Assembly (NCBI RefSeq): GCF_000009045.1
Contig: NC_000964.3
Span: forward strand, 2,940,001 to 2,972,000
Length of the DNA stretch: 32,000 bases
Source: Bacillus subtilis subsp. subtilis str. 168
Lineage (GTDB): Bacteria > Bacillota > Bacilli > Bacillales > Bacillaceae
Reading direction: 5' to 3'
How positions within the stretch are numbered: position 1 is the stretch's first letter; each line of letters starts with the position of its first letter. The notes under the pieces were generated by a model. It saw only the letters and a program-made list of their open reading frames with translations. It made no database searches and was not told the DNA's origin. Positions 1 through 10,180 of this stretch are shown in pieces. The position numbers and the translations under genes are program-made.

Positions 1-696
1 TATTGGAAGCGTAAACATTTCTTTCGACCGAAGCACAATCAGCGGCCACAAGAAGTTGTTCCAGCTGTTTAAGGACTGAAGGATAATCATCGCACCGAAA
101 GCCGGTTTCATCAGCGGTGCCATAATCCTGAAAAAGATGCCGAATTCCGTACAGCCGTCCATCCTTGCAGAGTCCAGCAGATCTCTTGGAAGGCCAAGAG
201 CATATTGCCTGAAAAAGAAAACAGCAACAGGTGAAACGATAAACGGCAATATGACACCCGTATATGAATCGATCAAGTGCAGTCCGACAGTAAGTTTAAA
301 CAGAGGAAGCATCATCACTTCCAGCGGAACCATCATAATAATCAGCACAAGAACAAAGATGATATTTCTGCCCTTAAAATCATAAACCGCAAGCCCGTAC
401 CCGATCATCGAAGAAAAAAACAGAGTGAGCACAGTCGTAAAAAGTCCGAGTACAAGACTGTTAAAAAACCATTTGAAATAAATGCTGCCGCCATTAAACA
501 GAAATGTGTAGTTATCAAAACTCATCACTTTTGGATCAATATCAAGATTCAGCCCCACACGCAAAAGCTCAGATGACGGCTTTAATGATCCTAAAAGCAA
601 ACAGAAAATCGGAAAAAGATACAATAGGCTCAGCATCATAAAAAACAGGGTCAGCGCAATTCTATAAACGCTAAACTGAGGACTGTGCCGCAACAT
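1..696 (-). CDS. araQ: Arabinose-oligosaccharide ABC transporter permease AraQ, N-terminal 232 codons (C-terminus lies beyond the left edge)
   Basis: Minus-strand frame is open from ATG at 694-696 (MLRHSPQFSVYRIALTLFFMMLSLLYLFPIFC...) to the window edge. It is missing from the ORF track because it is truncated. The product is a hydrophobic MalG-type permease. The start directly abuts the araP stop (TAA, 697-699). Confidence 0.9.
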   Translation of the reverse strand, partial: MLRHSPQFSVYRIALTLFFMMLSLLYLFPIFCLLLGSLKPSSELLRVGLNLDIDPKVMSFDNYTFLFNGGSIYFKWFFNSLVLGLFTTVLTLFFSSMIGYGLAVYDFKGRNIIFVLVLIIMMVPLEVMMLPLFKLTVGLHLIDSYTGVILPFIVSPVAVFFFRQYALGLPRDLLDSARMDGCTEFGIFFRIMAPLMKPAFGAMIILQSLNSWNNFLWPLIVLRSKEMFTLPI

Positions 697-1638
697 TTAT
701 CCCTCCCCCTTAAACGAGCCTGACAGCTTTAATGAAATCAGGCTGACAACAAGGATCACAATCAAAAGCACAATGCCGATGGCCGCTCCGTATCCCATTT
801 CATTGTAGGCAAGTCCCTGCTGATACAAATATCCGACAAGCGTCAGACCAATATTACCCGGGGAATTATTCTGCCAAAGGACGTAGCTTTCCTCAAACAT
901 CCTGAAGCCGCCGATGATGCTGATGGTCAGCACATATACGGTTACAGGCTTGAGAAACGGCAGCGTGATGTGCAGAAATTTTTTCATTGTATTCGCGCCG
1001 TCTATATCAGCGGCTTCGTACAGCTCTTTCGGCACATTTTGCAAACCTGCTAAAAAGTAAAGGATGTTGATTCCCATCCATCTCCATGAAGCAAGCAGCA
1101 CCATCAAAAACATGCCGGTATGTTCATTGTTCATCCAGTTCTGAGGTGAAAAGCCGAGTTTAAGTAGGATGGAATTGGCCAGAGACGTTTCCATTTCTCC
1201 GAAGATCAGCCGAAAAATGATCCCCGCGACAATGGTTGAGGTCAATGCCGGGATAAATAATGCTGATTTAAATATATTTCTAAATTTGACCAGCTTTGAA
1301 TTCAGGAATATGGCCAGAAGCAATGGAACAGGAATCAGCACGATCAGCGTCCAAAAGGTGTATTCCAGCGTATTCCAAAGGGCGGTATAGAACGTCGGGT
1401 TGTTTAGCGCTGTATAATTAGACAATCCGACAAAGGACACCTCTCCCGGCAAAATTCTTTGGAAGCTCATGATGAAGACACTAATGATGGGGTATAGAAA
1501 AAATACGAGAAAGGATAAAACGAATGGCGCTGTAAACAGATAGGGCGCCGCTTTTTTTGAATAAAACAGATCTCGCCAGCCTGATTGTTTCGCAGCTGAA
1601 GGAACGGGATGAACCGTTCCCGTTTTCACAGGTTTCAT
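697..1638 (-). CDS. araP: Arabinose-oligosaccharide ABC transporter permease AraP
   Basis: 313-aa ORF, multi-pass membrane protein of the MalF-type permease family. GGGGAGG SD upstream of the ATG. Length and sequence match my memory of B. subtilis AraP. Confidence 0.93.
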   Translation of the reverse strand: MKPVKTGTVHPVPSAAKQSGWRDLFYSKKAAPYLFTAPFVLSFLVFFLYPIISVFIMSFQRILPGEVSFVGLSNYTALNNPTFYTALWNTLEYTFWTLIVLIPVPLLLAIFLNSKLVKFRNIFKSALFIPALTSTIVAGIIFRLIFGEMETSLANSILLKLGFSPQNWMNNEHTGMFLMVLLASWRWMGINILYFLAGLQNVPKELYEAADIDGANTMKKFLHITLPFLKPVTVYVLTISIIGGFRMFEESYVLWQNNSPGNIGLTLVGYLYQQGLAYNEMGYGAAIGIVLLIVILVVSLISLKLSGSFKGEG

Positions 1639-1673
1639 GAGAACCTCCCCGCTTTCACTTTTTGAATGGGATT

Positions 1674-2975
1674 CTATTTCTGTTTCAGTTCACCTGCCGC
1701 TCTGTCCAAGGCTTGTTTAGGCGTTTTTTGCTGAGATTTAAGCGCGTCGAACAATACGCTTCTGTTGACAAGGTCTGAAGCCTTGGCAAAATCCTCATGT
1801 AAATAAATTGGATTGATTTCATCCTTGATATCGAGCAGCACAGAAAAAATGCCTGTTCCGTTTTGGAAGTAATCCGTGTATTTGTTTTTCTCTTTCAATT
1901 CCTTGGAGCTCCAAACATCCCAGCGAAGCGGGTCAAAGCCGAGTACGCTCCAGAGTTTTTTATTTCCTTCTTCAGAGCCCTTCGCAAAGGCCAAAAACTC
2001 TTTTGCTAACTCAACATGCTTGGATTGCTTCGGTACAACAGTTGCCGTACCGCCCAAACCTGCCGAGCGGTCGCCCCCCTCTTTCCATGCCGGGAGCGGT
2101 CTGATGGCAATCTTCCCTTTCAGATCAGGCATATAATCGATAAATCTTCCCATATACCAAATCGGCATGAGAACTGAAGCAGCTCCTCCTTGGTTCATAA
2201 AGCCGTAGTATTCTTCACTGTGATGCCCGCCGCCCGGCGCAGGAATCATCGTTTTATCATTGATCATGTCTTTTAAATATTGAAGTGTTTTTACGTTGGT
2301 GTCATTATTGAGGATCAGCTTGCCGTTTTTATCAAAATAGCCTGAGTTTTGCTGTGAAATCATAGATAAGAACGTTGCGGAATCATTTGTTTCCACCGTT
2401 CCCATCGGCTTCCCGGTCACTTTGCGCACTTTCTGTCCGGCTTTATGGTAATCATCCCATGTTTTAATATCGTCAGGATTGACGCCGGCTTTTTTCATCA
2501 CATCCATGTTATAAAACATGACCGTTGTCCCTACATGTGTATCGAGTCCGTAAAGCTTTCCGTTTTTGCTGTACAATGTCAGCCGCGCCTCAACGAATTT
2601 ATCGCGATCCTTTTCAATCAGCGGAGTCAAGTCGGCAAGCGGTATGTCAGAGCCCTTCAAAAAGTTTGAAAAACGGGCCAATTCGACATCTGCAATATCA
2701 GGAACGCCTTCTCCCGCTATTAGGGAGATAGATAAGTTATCGTGCATTTGTCCATATGGATAAACGACCGTATTCAGCTTAATTTTGCGGTCAGGATATT
2801 TTTTGTTCCATTCCTTCACCATTTCCACATAGAACTGCTCATGAAGCCCGTTAAATGTCCAAAAGGTCAGCTCAGTTTCACCCGATTTGCCGGATGATTT
2901 TTCTGCTGAACACCCGGCAATGACTAATGTCAGCAACATCATGAGCACAAGAAAACAGACAGTCATTTTTTTCAT
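1674..2975 (-). CDS. araN: Arabinose-oligosaccharide binding lipoprotein AraN (ABC substrate-binding protein)
   Basis: The ORF-track entry is 439 aa. I chose the ATG at 2973-2975 (MKKMTVCFLVL..., 433 aa) because AAGGGG lies about 8 nt upstream. Lipobox LVIAGC marks a lipoprotein signal peptide. Confidence 0.92.
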   Translation of the reverse strand: MKKMTVCFLVLMMLLTLVIAGCSAEKSSGKSGETELTFWTFNGLHEQFYVEMVKEWNKKYPDRKIKLNTVVYPYGQMHDNLSISLIAGEGVPDIADVELARFSNFLKGSDIPLADLTPLIEKDRDKFVEARLTLYSKNGKLYGLDTHVGTTVMFYNMDVMKKAGVNPDDIKTWDDYHKAGQKVRKVTGKPMGTVETNDSATFLSMISQQNSGYFDKNGKLILNNDTNVKTLQYLKDMINDKTMIPAPGGGHHSEEYYGFMNQGGAASVLMPIWYMGRFIDYMPDLKGKIAIRPLPAWKEGGDRSAGLGGTATVVPKQSKHVELAKEFLAFAKGSEEGNKKLWSVLGFDPLRWDVWSSKELKEKNKYTDYFQNGTGIFSVLLDIKDEINPIYLHEDFAKASDLVNRSVLFDALKSQQKTPKQALDRAAGELKQK

Positions 2976-3005
2976 CTGCGTTACCCCTTCCATTCGAGGT
3001 GCGGG

Positions 3006-4190
3006 CTATTCATATAGACCATGGTTGATCAGCGTTTTGTTTTCATTGATGATTCTTAATCCGGTGCATCGGTCTCTTAAGGTGTGCGCGTGTCTGAAGG
3101 CATTTTTGACGGAATCCTGCCCGACACCGATTTCGTCAAAATACGCAGGGCCTCCGGCTGATCTCAGCCAATCAGCCAGCACTTCTCCTCTCGGGAGTGT
3201 TTGATAAGCCGATTGGATGGCTTCCCGGCGGCTTGGTGAAAATTCGTTCAGCCCGTCATCCTGAGCGAGCTTTCTGTATGTGTCAGTTAATAAAACAGCG
3301 GCACAGCCCACCTTTGCCCCATGAAGAATCTGAGGCCGTTTTTTCTCCATTAACTCCATTTCAATCCAATGTGAAATATGATGCTCGCCGCCTGATGCCG
3401 GTCGGGAATGATCTAATGCCAGCATGACAAGCCCCGATACAAGTAAAGACTCCATCAAAACCCGTATGCCAGTTTCCGTTTTCATCGCAATGTCTTCTGT
3501 GTGTTCAATGCAGGCAGCAAGCGCCTCCTGAACGATCTTAGCTCCTGCAGGCGAATAAGGCTCACCGGCAAGATGCCGGGATATTTCCCAATCTGCTAAA
3601 GACGTGATTTTACCGAGCATGTCACCAAAGCCAGCCGCCACCATTGACTGCGGTGCCGCTTTTAATAGATCCAGATCAGCGAACAGCGCAGATGGGGCCT
3701 TCGTTTGAATGGTTGTTTTCGTGCCGTATAAAATAATCGGCGCACCGGCTGATGTAAAACCGTCTACAGATGGAGCAGTCGGATAAGAAATAAACGGCAA
3801 ATCTCTTTGAAACGCCGCAAAGCGGACGATATCATGAATCGTGCCCGAACCGACTGCGATCATGACATCCGTTGGTTGTTTCGTATGGATCAGCACATGA
3901 ATGAGCGATCGTTCATCAGCTGTCACATCTCCGGCTTCATTTTCTGGAATGATCAGGCACTCGGCCTGAAATCCTTCTTGATTCAGTCGGTTTTCTAAAT
4001 CAATTCCTGCAATGCGGTGTGTATTCGCGTCGCAGACAAGGACAATATGTTGATTGTTTTTTCGTTTTACATAATCCAAAAGCGAATCAGCTGCTTGCTT
4101 ACCGAGAACAATTTCTTCAACTTTTATAGGCAACGTCTTTTCTCCGGCGTTTTCAAAAGCACGCTGAACGTCAGCTGCGATACGATTCAT
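3006..4190 (-). CDS. araM: sn-glycerol-1-phosphate dehydrogenase AraM
   Basis: 394-aa ORF with a dehydroquinate-synthase-like / iron-alcohol-dehydrogenase fold (GSGTIHD motif). Position and length match B. subtilis AraM. Its start overlaps the araL stop as ATGA. Confidence 0.92.
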   Translation of the reverse strand: MNRIAADVQRAFENAGEKTLPIKVEEIVLGKQAADSLLDYVKRKNNQHIVLVCDANTHRIAGIDLENRLNQEGFQAECLIIPENEAGDVTADERSLIHVLIHTKQPTDVMIAVGSGTIHDIVRFAAFQRDLPFISYPTAPSVDGFTSAGAPIILYGTKTTIQTKAPSALFADLDLLKAAPQSMVAAGFGDMLGKITSLADWEISRHLAGEPYSPAGAKIVQEALAACIEHTEDIAMKTETGIRVLMESLLVSGLVMLALDHSRPASGGEHHISHWIEMELMEKKRPQILHGAKVGCAAVLLTDTYRKLAQDDGLNEFSPSRREAIQSAYQTLPRGEVLADWLRSAGGPAYFDEIGVGQDSVKNAFRHAHTLRDRCTGLRIINENKTLINHGLYE

Positions 4191-5005
4191 ATCAGAATCC
4201 CCTCCTCAGCCAATTTGGTTACATCCTTAATAGAATCCAGCACATAATCCGGCGTGTACAAACGCTGTTCACCCTGTTTCGCAGAACCAGTTAGCACTAA
4301 GGCGCTTTTCATGCCATAAAGCTTCCCCATCGCAATGTCAGATTCAATGCTGTCTCCTATAATCATGCATTCATGTGCGGACAGCCCCATTGCTGTACAG
4401 GCAGCCTCCGCCATCAGCCATGACGGTTTTCCGACAACAAGTTCAGTCTTCGCTTGTGCAGAAGTCTCAATTGCCCCGATCATTCCGGCCACATCAATGG
4501 CATTTCCGTCTTCGTTCGGAAAAGAGCGGTCTTTGTTTGTAGCGATAATACGAGCGCCGCCGGCAGCCGCTTGAAAGGCTTGATTTAAATCGTCGTACGT
4601 GAGCGTTTCATGAAGGGAGATCACGAGCCAATCCGCTTCCTTCGGTTCGCTCGCGTTCTGCACACCGGCCAGCCTCAGCTCGTCAACCAAGCCTTGCTCC
4701 CCAAGCACCCATACCTTTGAAAAACGATAATGTTTTTTCAGAAAAGCCGCTGTCACGCTTGATGACAGAACAATGTCGTTTACGTCCGTTTCAATCCCCG
4801 CGCCAAGAAGTTTTTTTCTGCACATGGCACGGGAGATATTCCCCCGGTTGCTTAAAAAGACGATTTTCTTTCCCATTCTCCTAAGCGTTTTGATCGCTTC
4901 TCTTGCTCCTTCGATCAACTCATTTCCTCTGAATACAGTACCGTCCAAGTCAATCAGAATGCCAGCCGGTGACACAGGCGTATCATGACTGGCCATAATA
5001 CGCAT
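4187..5005 (-). CDS. araL: HAD-superfamily sugar phosphatase AraL
   Basis: HAD motif I is present (LIDLDGTV). The ORF track gives 283 aa from 5038 but there is no SD there. I prefer the ATG at 5003-5005 (272 aa). An ATG at 4994-4996 (269 aa) is also possible. The chosen start lies 23 nt inside araD. Confidence 0.85.
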
Positions 5006-5672
5006 TTGCTCCGTGTTTTCGATAAAAATGCTTTTCATGCAGGACTGTATTGATTGGGGTTACATCCTTGTTCAGCATAATGGAGTGATAGGCCATTTCG
5101 GCAACCGTTTCTAATACAACTGCGTTATGAATGGCATTTAAGGCGTCAGTGCCCCAGCAGAACGGTCCGTGATTATTCACGAGCACACCCGGCACCTGTT
5201 CGTAATTATGATGCTGAAAGGTTTCCGCTATGACTTTTCCTGTATTCAGTTCGTAGTCATGAATGATTTCTTCATCGTACATTTCTCGAGTACATGGAAT
5301 CGCACTGTCAAAATAATCAGCATGGGTCGTGCCTAACGGAGGGATGTCTCTGCCCGATTGCGCCCAGCTTGTCGCCCATTGAGAATGGGTATGGACAATT
5401 CCCCCGATATTCGGAAAGGCTTTATATAGATAAACATGGGTAGGTGTATCTGAAGAAGGTTTAAGCGAGCCTTCGACGACCTCTCCATCAAGGTTCAAAA
5501 CAACCAAGTCATCGGCTGTCAGGTCGCTGTATTCGACTCCGCTAGGTTTGATGACAATTCTTTCTTTTTCACGGTCAATGCCGCTGACATTTCCCCACGT
5601 AAAGGTTACCAGCTGATGCTCTTGAAGCTTCAGGTTGGCAGCCAGCACTTCTTTTTTTAATGTTTCAAGCAT
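4983..5672 (-). CDS. araD: L-ribulose-5-phosphate 4-epimerase AraD
   Basis: 229-aa ORF of the class II aldolase/adducin family (HTHS motif). Recognised as B. subtilis AraD. Confidence 0.95.
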
Positions 5673-5688
5673 GCTCCATCACCCTTTA

Positions 5689-7371
5689 TCAATTCTTTTT
5701 GGCGGCAGATGAAAATTGAAGATTTTTGATCGTTTTCAGACGCTTCATGACATGGTTTTCTTTTCCGAAATAATGAACCAGCTCTTTATATTCAGCGTAC
5801 AATTTTTCATAAACCGCGGCGTTTTCGGCATTTGGCGTATAAGTTATATCTTTCAGTTTTCCCATGTTCGCCGCTGCCTTTTTGATATCATCGTAGCCGC
5901 CTTTTTCTTTGCCTGCTGCAAGCGCGCCGAAAATGGCAGATCCTAAGGCTGGGGCTTGCGGTGAACCAGAGATTTTAATGTCCATGTTTGTCACATCCGC
6001 ATAAATCTGCATGACAAACGGGTTTTTCTCAGCTATTCCGCCGGCTGCGAACAGTTCCTCAATCGGAACACCGCTTTCTTTGAATGTTTCGATAATCATC
6101 CGGGTTCCGTAAGCTGTCGCTTCAACTAACGCTCTATAAATCTCTTCAGGCTTCGTCAGCAGTGTCATGCCAAGCAGCATCCCTGTTAAATCTGCATCAA
6201 CAAGAGTTGAACGGTTTCCATTCCACCAATCTAAAGCAAGCAAGCCGCTTTCACCAGGCGCTTGATGGTTTGCTTTCTCACTCAGCAGCTCATGAACGCC
6301 AATGTTTTTTTCCTTTGCTTCCTCTTGATAAGCTGGCGGGACACATGTTTTCACAAACCAGTCAAAATGATCGCCGACACAGGACTGCCCGGCTTCATAT
6401 CCCGCATAGCCCGGGAGAATTCCGTTGTCCACAACGCCGCACATTCCTGGAACGATATGCACCTCTTCACCAAGTAGAACATGGCACGTCGAGGTTCCCA
6501 TAATCATCAGCATTTTCCCTGGCTCTGTAATGCCGACCGCCGGTACCGAAACATGAGCGTCCACATTGGCAACCGCAACAGCCGTTCCCGGGAGAAGCCC
6601 TGTCAGCTTTGCCATTTTTTCAGTCAGACTGCCGGCTTTTTCTCCTACTGAATGAATAGAACCTGACAATTTGTCCTTTGTAATCGTTTTCATTGAAGGA
6701 TTTAATTTCTCAAAGAAATCATCTGACGGATACCCCGCTTTTTCACTCCACATCGCTTTATACCCTGCGGTACAATTGCTTCGCTTGAGCGAGCCGCACA
6801 GCTGGTACACGATCCAGTCCGCAGCCTCGATGATCCGGTCAGCCGCTTCATAAATGTGAGGCGCTTCCTCGGCAATTTGCATGACCTTTGGAATCATCCA
6901 TTCTGATGAAATTTTTCCTCCGTACCGCTGTAAAAAAGCCTCTCCTTCTTCTTCCGCGATTTGATTGAGCCGATCAGCATGTTTTTGGGCCGCATGATGC
7001 TTCCAGAGCTTCACATAGCTGTGCGGCTCCTCTTCATATTCAGGCAGCATGCATAACGGCTGCCCGCTGCTGTCAATAGGAAGGATCGTACATGCCGTGA
7101 AATCAATTCCAATCCCGATAATGTCTTTCGGGTCAACGCCCGTCTGTTCGAGTAAAGACGGAATGGTTGTTTCCAAGACTTCGAGGTAATCAGCAGGGTG
7201 CTGCAGCGCCCAGTCACGCGGCAGCTTTTGACCCGTTTTTGGAAGGACGGTATCAATGACAGCATGCCTGTATTCTTTTACAGCAGCCGCAAGTTCCTCC
7301 CCTGTTTGGACATGAACGAGCACTGCTCTTCCTGATAAAGTTCCAAAATCAACCCCTATTGTGTAAGCCAT
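5689..7371 (-). CDS. araB: L-ribulokinase AraB
   Basis: 560-aa ORF of the FGGY carbohydrate kinase family (N-terminal IGVDFGT motif). Recognised as AraB. Confidence 0.95.
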
Positions 7372-7384
7372 GTGACATCCCCCT

Positions 7385-8875
7385 CTACTTTTGAAGCCGG
7401 TAAAGCGCCTCGTTCCATTTTAACTCGTGTTTCAGTTTATGAATTGTCGTATCACGGGAAATGAGAACACTTTCGATTCCCGCCATTTCCGCCCAATCAA
7501 GCATTTGCTCCGCTGTCAGTTCATAAGACAGGCAGGTATGGTGTGCACCGCCGGCTAAAATCCATGCCTCCGCTGCTGTTTTCAATGACGGCTCCGGCTT
7601 CCAGAGAACACGGGCAACCGGTAAATTCGGCATGTCTTTTTCAATTTCCTGGCCGTTGACTTCATTCAGCACAAGGCGGAAACGCCCGCCAATATCAACA
7701 ATGCTAGCTTGAATGGCAGAACCGCTGATGCCGTTAAATACCAAACGCGCAGGGTCCTCTTTGCCGCCAATCGAAAGCGAATGAACCTCGATTTTCGGCT
7801 GATCCAAAGCGACAGTCGGACACACTTCAAGCATGTGAGAGCCCAGAATCATTTCATTTCCCGGTTCAAAATGGTACGTGTAATCTTCCATGAAGGAAGT
7901 TCTTTTTCCTTTAGCCATGATTTTCATCATCCGTACAAGGGCCGCTGTCTTCCAATCTCCTTCACCGGCAAACCCATAGCCTTTCTCCATCAGGCGCTGA
8001 ACGGCAAGTCCCGGCAGCTGTTTCATTCCGTGCAGCACTTCAAACGATGTCGTAAACGCTGTGTATCCGCCTTGCTCAAGAAAAGCGGTTAATCCAAGTT
8101 CAATTTTCGCCTGTTCTTTAATGGACGCTACCTTTGCTTCGTCACGTTTTGTTTCCTCACTGATCACATATAGTCTGTCATACTCGGCATAAAGCGTGTC
8201 AACCTCGTCGTCCGTAATGCGATCCATCACTTCAACGAGATCCCCGATGCCATATCCGTCAACCTGCCAGCCAAATTGAATATGCGCTCCCACCTTGTCT
8301 CCGTCCGTTACCGCGACATGACGCATGTTATCTCCAAATCTGGCAACCTTAATATGTCTGCTTTCATTTAATGCAGCCGCCGTATCCATCCACTGGGACA
8401 TTTCTTTTTTCACTTCTTCATCATCCCAATAGCCGGCAATGACTTTTCGGCTAAGCCCCATTCTCGAGTTGATGTAACCGTACTCTCGATCGCCATGCGC
8501 GGATTGGTTGCTGTTCATAAAATCCATGTCAATCGTACCCCACGGGATATCGCGATTATATTGGGTATGCAAATGCATAAGCGGTTTTTGATAAGAGGAA
8601 AGGCCTTCTATCCACATTTTTGCAGGGGAAAATGTGTGCATCCATGTAATGATGCCAGCACATGTCTCACTGTACTCCGCTTCTCTTAACAGCTCTCTAA
8701 TGGTTTCCGGTGAAGTGACGACGGGCTTATGAGTGATTTTATATCTGGAAGAAATCCCGCTGAGCCCCTCACAAATGCTTTTAGCATGCTGATCTACGAG
8801 TTCCAGCGTCTCTTCCCCGTATAGGTGCTGGCTTCCTGTCACAAACCAGAATTCATAATCCTTTGTCTGAAGCAT
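7385..8875 (-). CDS. araA: L-arabinose isomerase AraA
   Basis: 496-aa ORF with AAAGGGG SD upstream. Recognised as AraA and is the first gene of the operon. Confidence 0.96.
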
Positions 8876-8898
8876 GTAAACTGCCCCTTTCTCATAAA

Positions 8899-8913
8899 AT
8901 AAAACGCTTTCAA
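8899..8913 (-). promoter_or_regulatory. cre-like CcpA site in the araA leader
   Basis: The minus strand reads TTGAAAGCGTTTTAT. This matches WTGNAANCGNWNNCW except at position 14 (A instead of C). It lies between the promoter and the araA start. Confidence 0.55.
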
Positions 8914-8917
8914 ATAC

Positions 8918-8934
8918 AAAAGATACGTACTAAT
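8918..8934 (-). promoter_or_regulatory. AraR operator (promoter-distal, OR-A2-like)
   Basis: The minus strand reads ATTAGTACGTATCTTTT. It shares the ATTxGTACG core with the box at 8961-8976. The centres are about 42 bp apart, roughly four helical turns. Confidence 0.7.
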
Positions 8935-8960
8935 GATAGAAAATAAACCTATAAATAAAT

Positions 8961-8976
8961 ATTTGTACGAACAATT
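8961..8976 (-). promoter_or_regulatory. AraR operator (promoter-proximal, OR-A1-like)
   Basis: ATTTGTACGAACAATT is a pseudo-palindrome immediately downstream of the -10 element, overlapping the expected transcription start. Confidence 0.75.
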
Positions 8977-8978
8977 TT

Positions 8979-9007
8979 ATTATAGTAATTGACTATTATA
9001 CTGTCAA
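8979..9007 (-). promoter_or_regulatory. Sigma-A promoter of the ara operon
   Basis: On the minus strand: TTGACA (9002-9007), an exactly 17-nt spacer, then TATAAT (8979-8984). Both hexamers are perfect consensus. Confidence 0.9.
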
Positions 9008-9018
9008 TCTTTTCTTTT

Positions 9019-9050
9019 AAAAAAAGCCGGGGGCAGAGCCCGGCTTTTTA
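9019..9050 (-). terminator. Intrinsic terminator downstream of abnA
   Basis: Stem AGCCGGG / CCCGGCT with a 7-nt loop, flanked by an A-tract and a T-tract. It sits 2 nt after the abnA stop and insulates the ara promoter. Confidence 0.85.
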
Positions 9051-9052
9051 AT

Positions 9053-10024
9053 TCAATAGGACGGCCAGCCCGAGCTCCAATTCAAATCATTGATGAGAAG
9101 CTTTGGAATGCCGTTGTCATTGGCATCATAGGCATGGCGAACAAGAATGTTTCCGTTCACAATATCCTGGCCTCCAGGTCCTTTCCATTGGTCATTGCCC
9201 GAATCCAAAATGGTGCCTCCGCCTTCAAGCATGCTTTTTCCGCTTTTATCAAGATAAGGGCCTGTAATGCTTTTGGATCTTCCGTAAGCAATTTTGTACG
9301 TACTGTTTACCCCGTCACAGCATTTATCAAATGAAACCATTAAATAGTAATATCCATTTTGATACGTAAGAGTAGGAGCTTCTAAGGCACCTCCATTATT
9401 CGGTCTAGCTGCAATCGAATAGAGCGAGCCTGTAGGCTTCATTGTACTCTTATCGAGCTTAGTCAGCTTAATGCCGCTCCAAAACGAGCCGAATGCAAGC
9501 CACGGGTTGCCATCCTTATCGAATGTCAGCTCCGGATCAATGGCGTTATAATTATTTGAGCTTGTCGAACGGATCACCAAGCCCTCGTCCTTCCAGCCCC
9601 CCGAACTGATGCTTGTTGAAGATGCCAGGCCAATGGCAGATGTATTGCTTCCAAAAGAAGAAACGGAATAATATAGCCAGTACTTGCCGTTATAGTATTG
9701 GATGTCCGGCGCCCACTGGTTTTGGCCATAATTCGGCACATAATTGGACCACCACGATAGCGGTGTAGTGAAAATGGATTTTTGTACGGTCCAATTTTTA
9801 GCGTCTGAAGACTTCAAAACCCGCAGTCCCCGTTCTTCAGTAAGCCCTGTTCCGAGCGCATACCATGAGCTCCCCTCTTTAATCATAGTCGGGTCATGAA
9901 GCAGCTCATTGGATGCACCCCAAAACGCTGCCTCTGCGGGAGCAGCAGAAGTGAATATCAAACCTGCAGCCAGAGCTGCACTCGAAAAGTGTAAGAAGCG
10001 TTTCCATGTTTTTTTCTTTTTCAA
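9053..10024 (-). CDS. abnA: Secreted endo-1,5-alpha-L-arabinanase AbnA (GH43)
   Basis: 323-aa ORF with a signal peptide ending AAPAEA. Recognised as AbnA. The start codon is TTG (10022-10024), preceded by AAAGGAGG. Confidence 0.93.
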   Translation of the reverse strand: MKKKKTWKRFLHFSSAALAAGLIFTSAAPAEAAFWGASNELLHDPTMIKEGSSWYALGTGLTEERGLRVLKSSDAKNWTVQKSIFTTPLSWWSNYVPNYGQNQWAPDIQYYNGKYWLYYSVSSFGSNTSAIGLASSTSISSGGWKDEGLVIRSTSSNNYNAIDPELTFDKDGNPWLAFGSFWSGIKLTKLDKSTMKPTGSLYSIAARPNNGGALEAPTLTYQNGYYYLMVSFDKCCDGVNSTYKIAYGRSKSITGPYLDKSGKSMLEGGGTILDSGNDQWKGPGGQDIVNGNILVRHAYDANDNGIPKLLINDLNWSSGWPSY

Positions 10025-10047
10025 TTTTGTTCAACCTCCTTTATTTT

Positions 10048-10062
10048 AGAAAGCGCTTACAA
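10048..10062 (-). promoter_or_regulatory. cre (CcpA binding site) in the abnA 5' region
   Basis: The minus strand reads TTGTAAGCGCTTTCT. This matches WTGNAANCGNWNNCW at every defined position. Confidence 0.7.
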
Positions 10063-10092
10063 ATTAGATTATTTATCCTCCCTTCCTGTCAA
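10063..10092 (-). promoter_or_regulatory. Candidate sigma-A promoter of abnA
   Basis: Perfect TTGACA at 10087-10092 on the minus strand. The best -10 is TCTAAT (10063-10068) at 18-nt spacing, so the -10 assignment is uncertain. Confidence 0.45.
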
Positions 10093-10164
10093 ATCGACTG
10101 CGTATCGTATATCGTCATGTTCAGGAAATTTTCGGTATCCCCTTTATTGTAGTCACTATGCTGT

Positions 10165-10180
10165 AATTTGTACAGACAAA
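10165..10180 (-). promoter_or_regulatory. AraR-like box upstream of abnA
   Basis: The plus strand reads AATTTGTACAGACAAA. It is nearly identical to the ara operator ATTTGTACGAACAA (ATTTGTAC-RR-ACAA). Confidence 0.5.

Noticed and set aside
137-576. Plus-strand ORFs 137-385 and 277-576
   Set aside because: They lie antisense within araQ, have low-complexity or odd composition and no SD. They are shadow ORFs of a membrane-protein gene.
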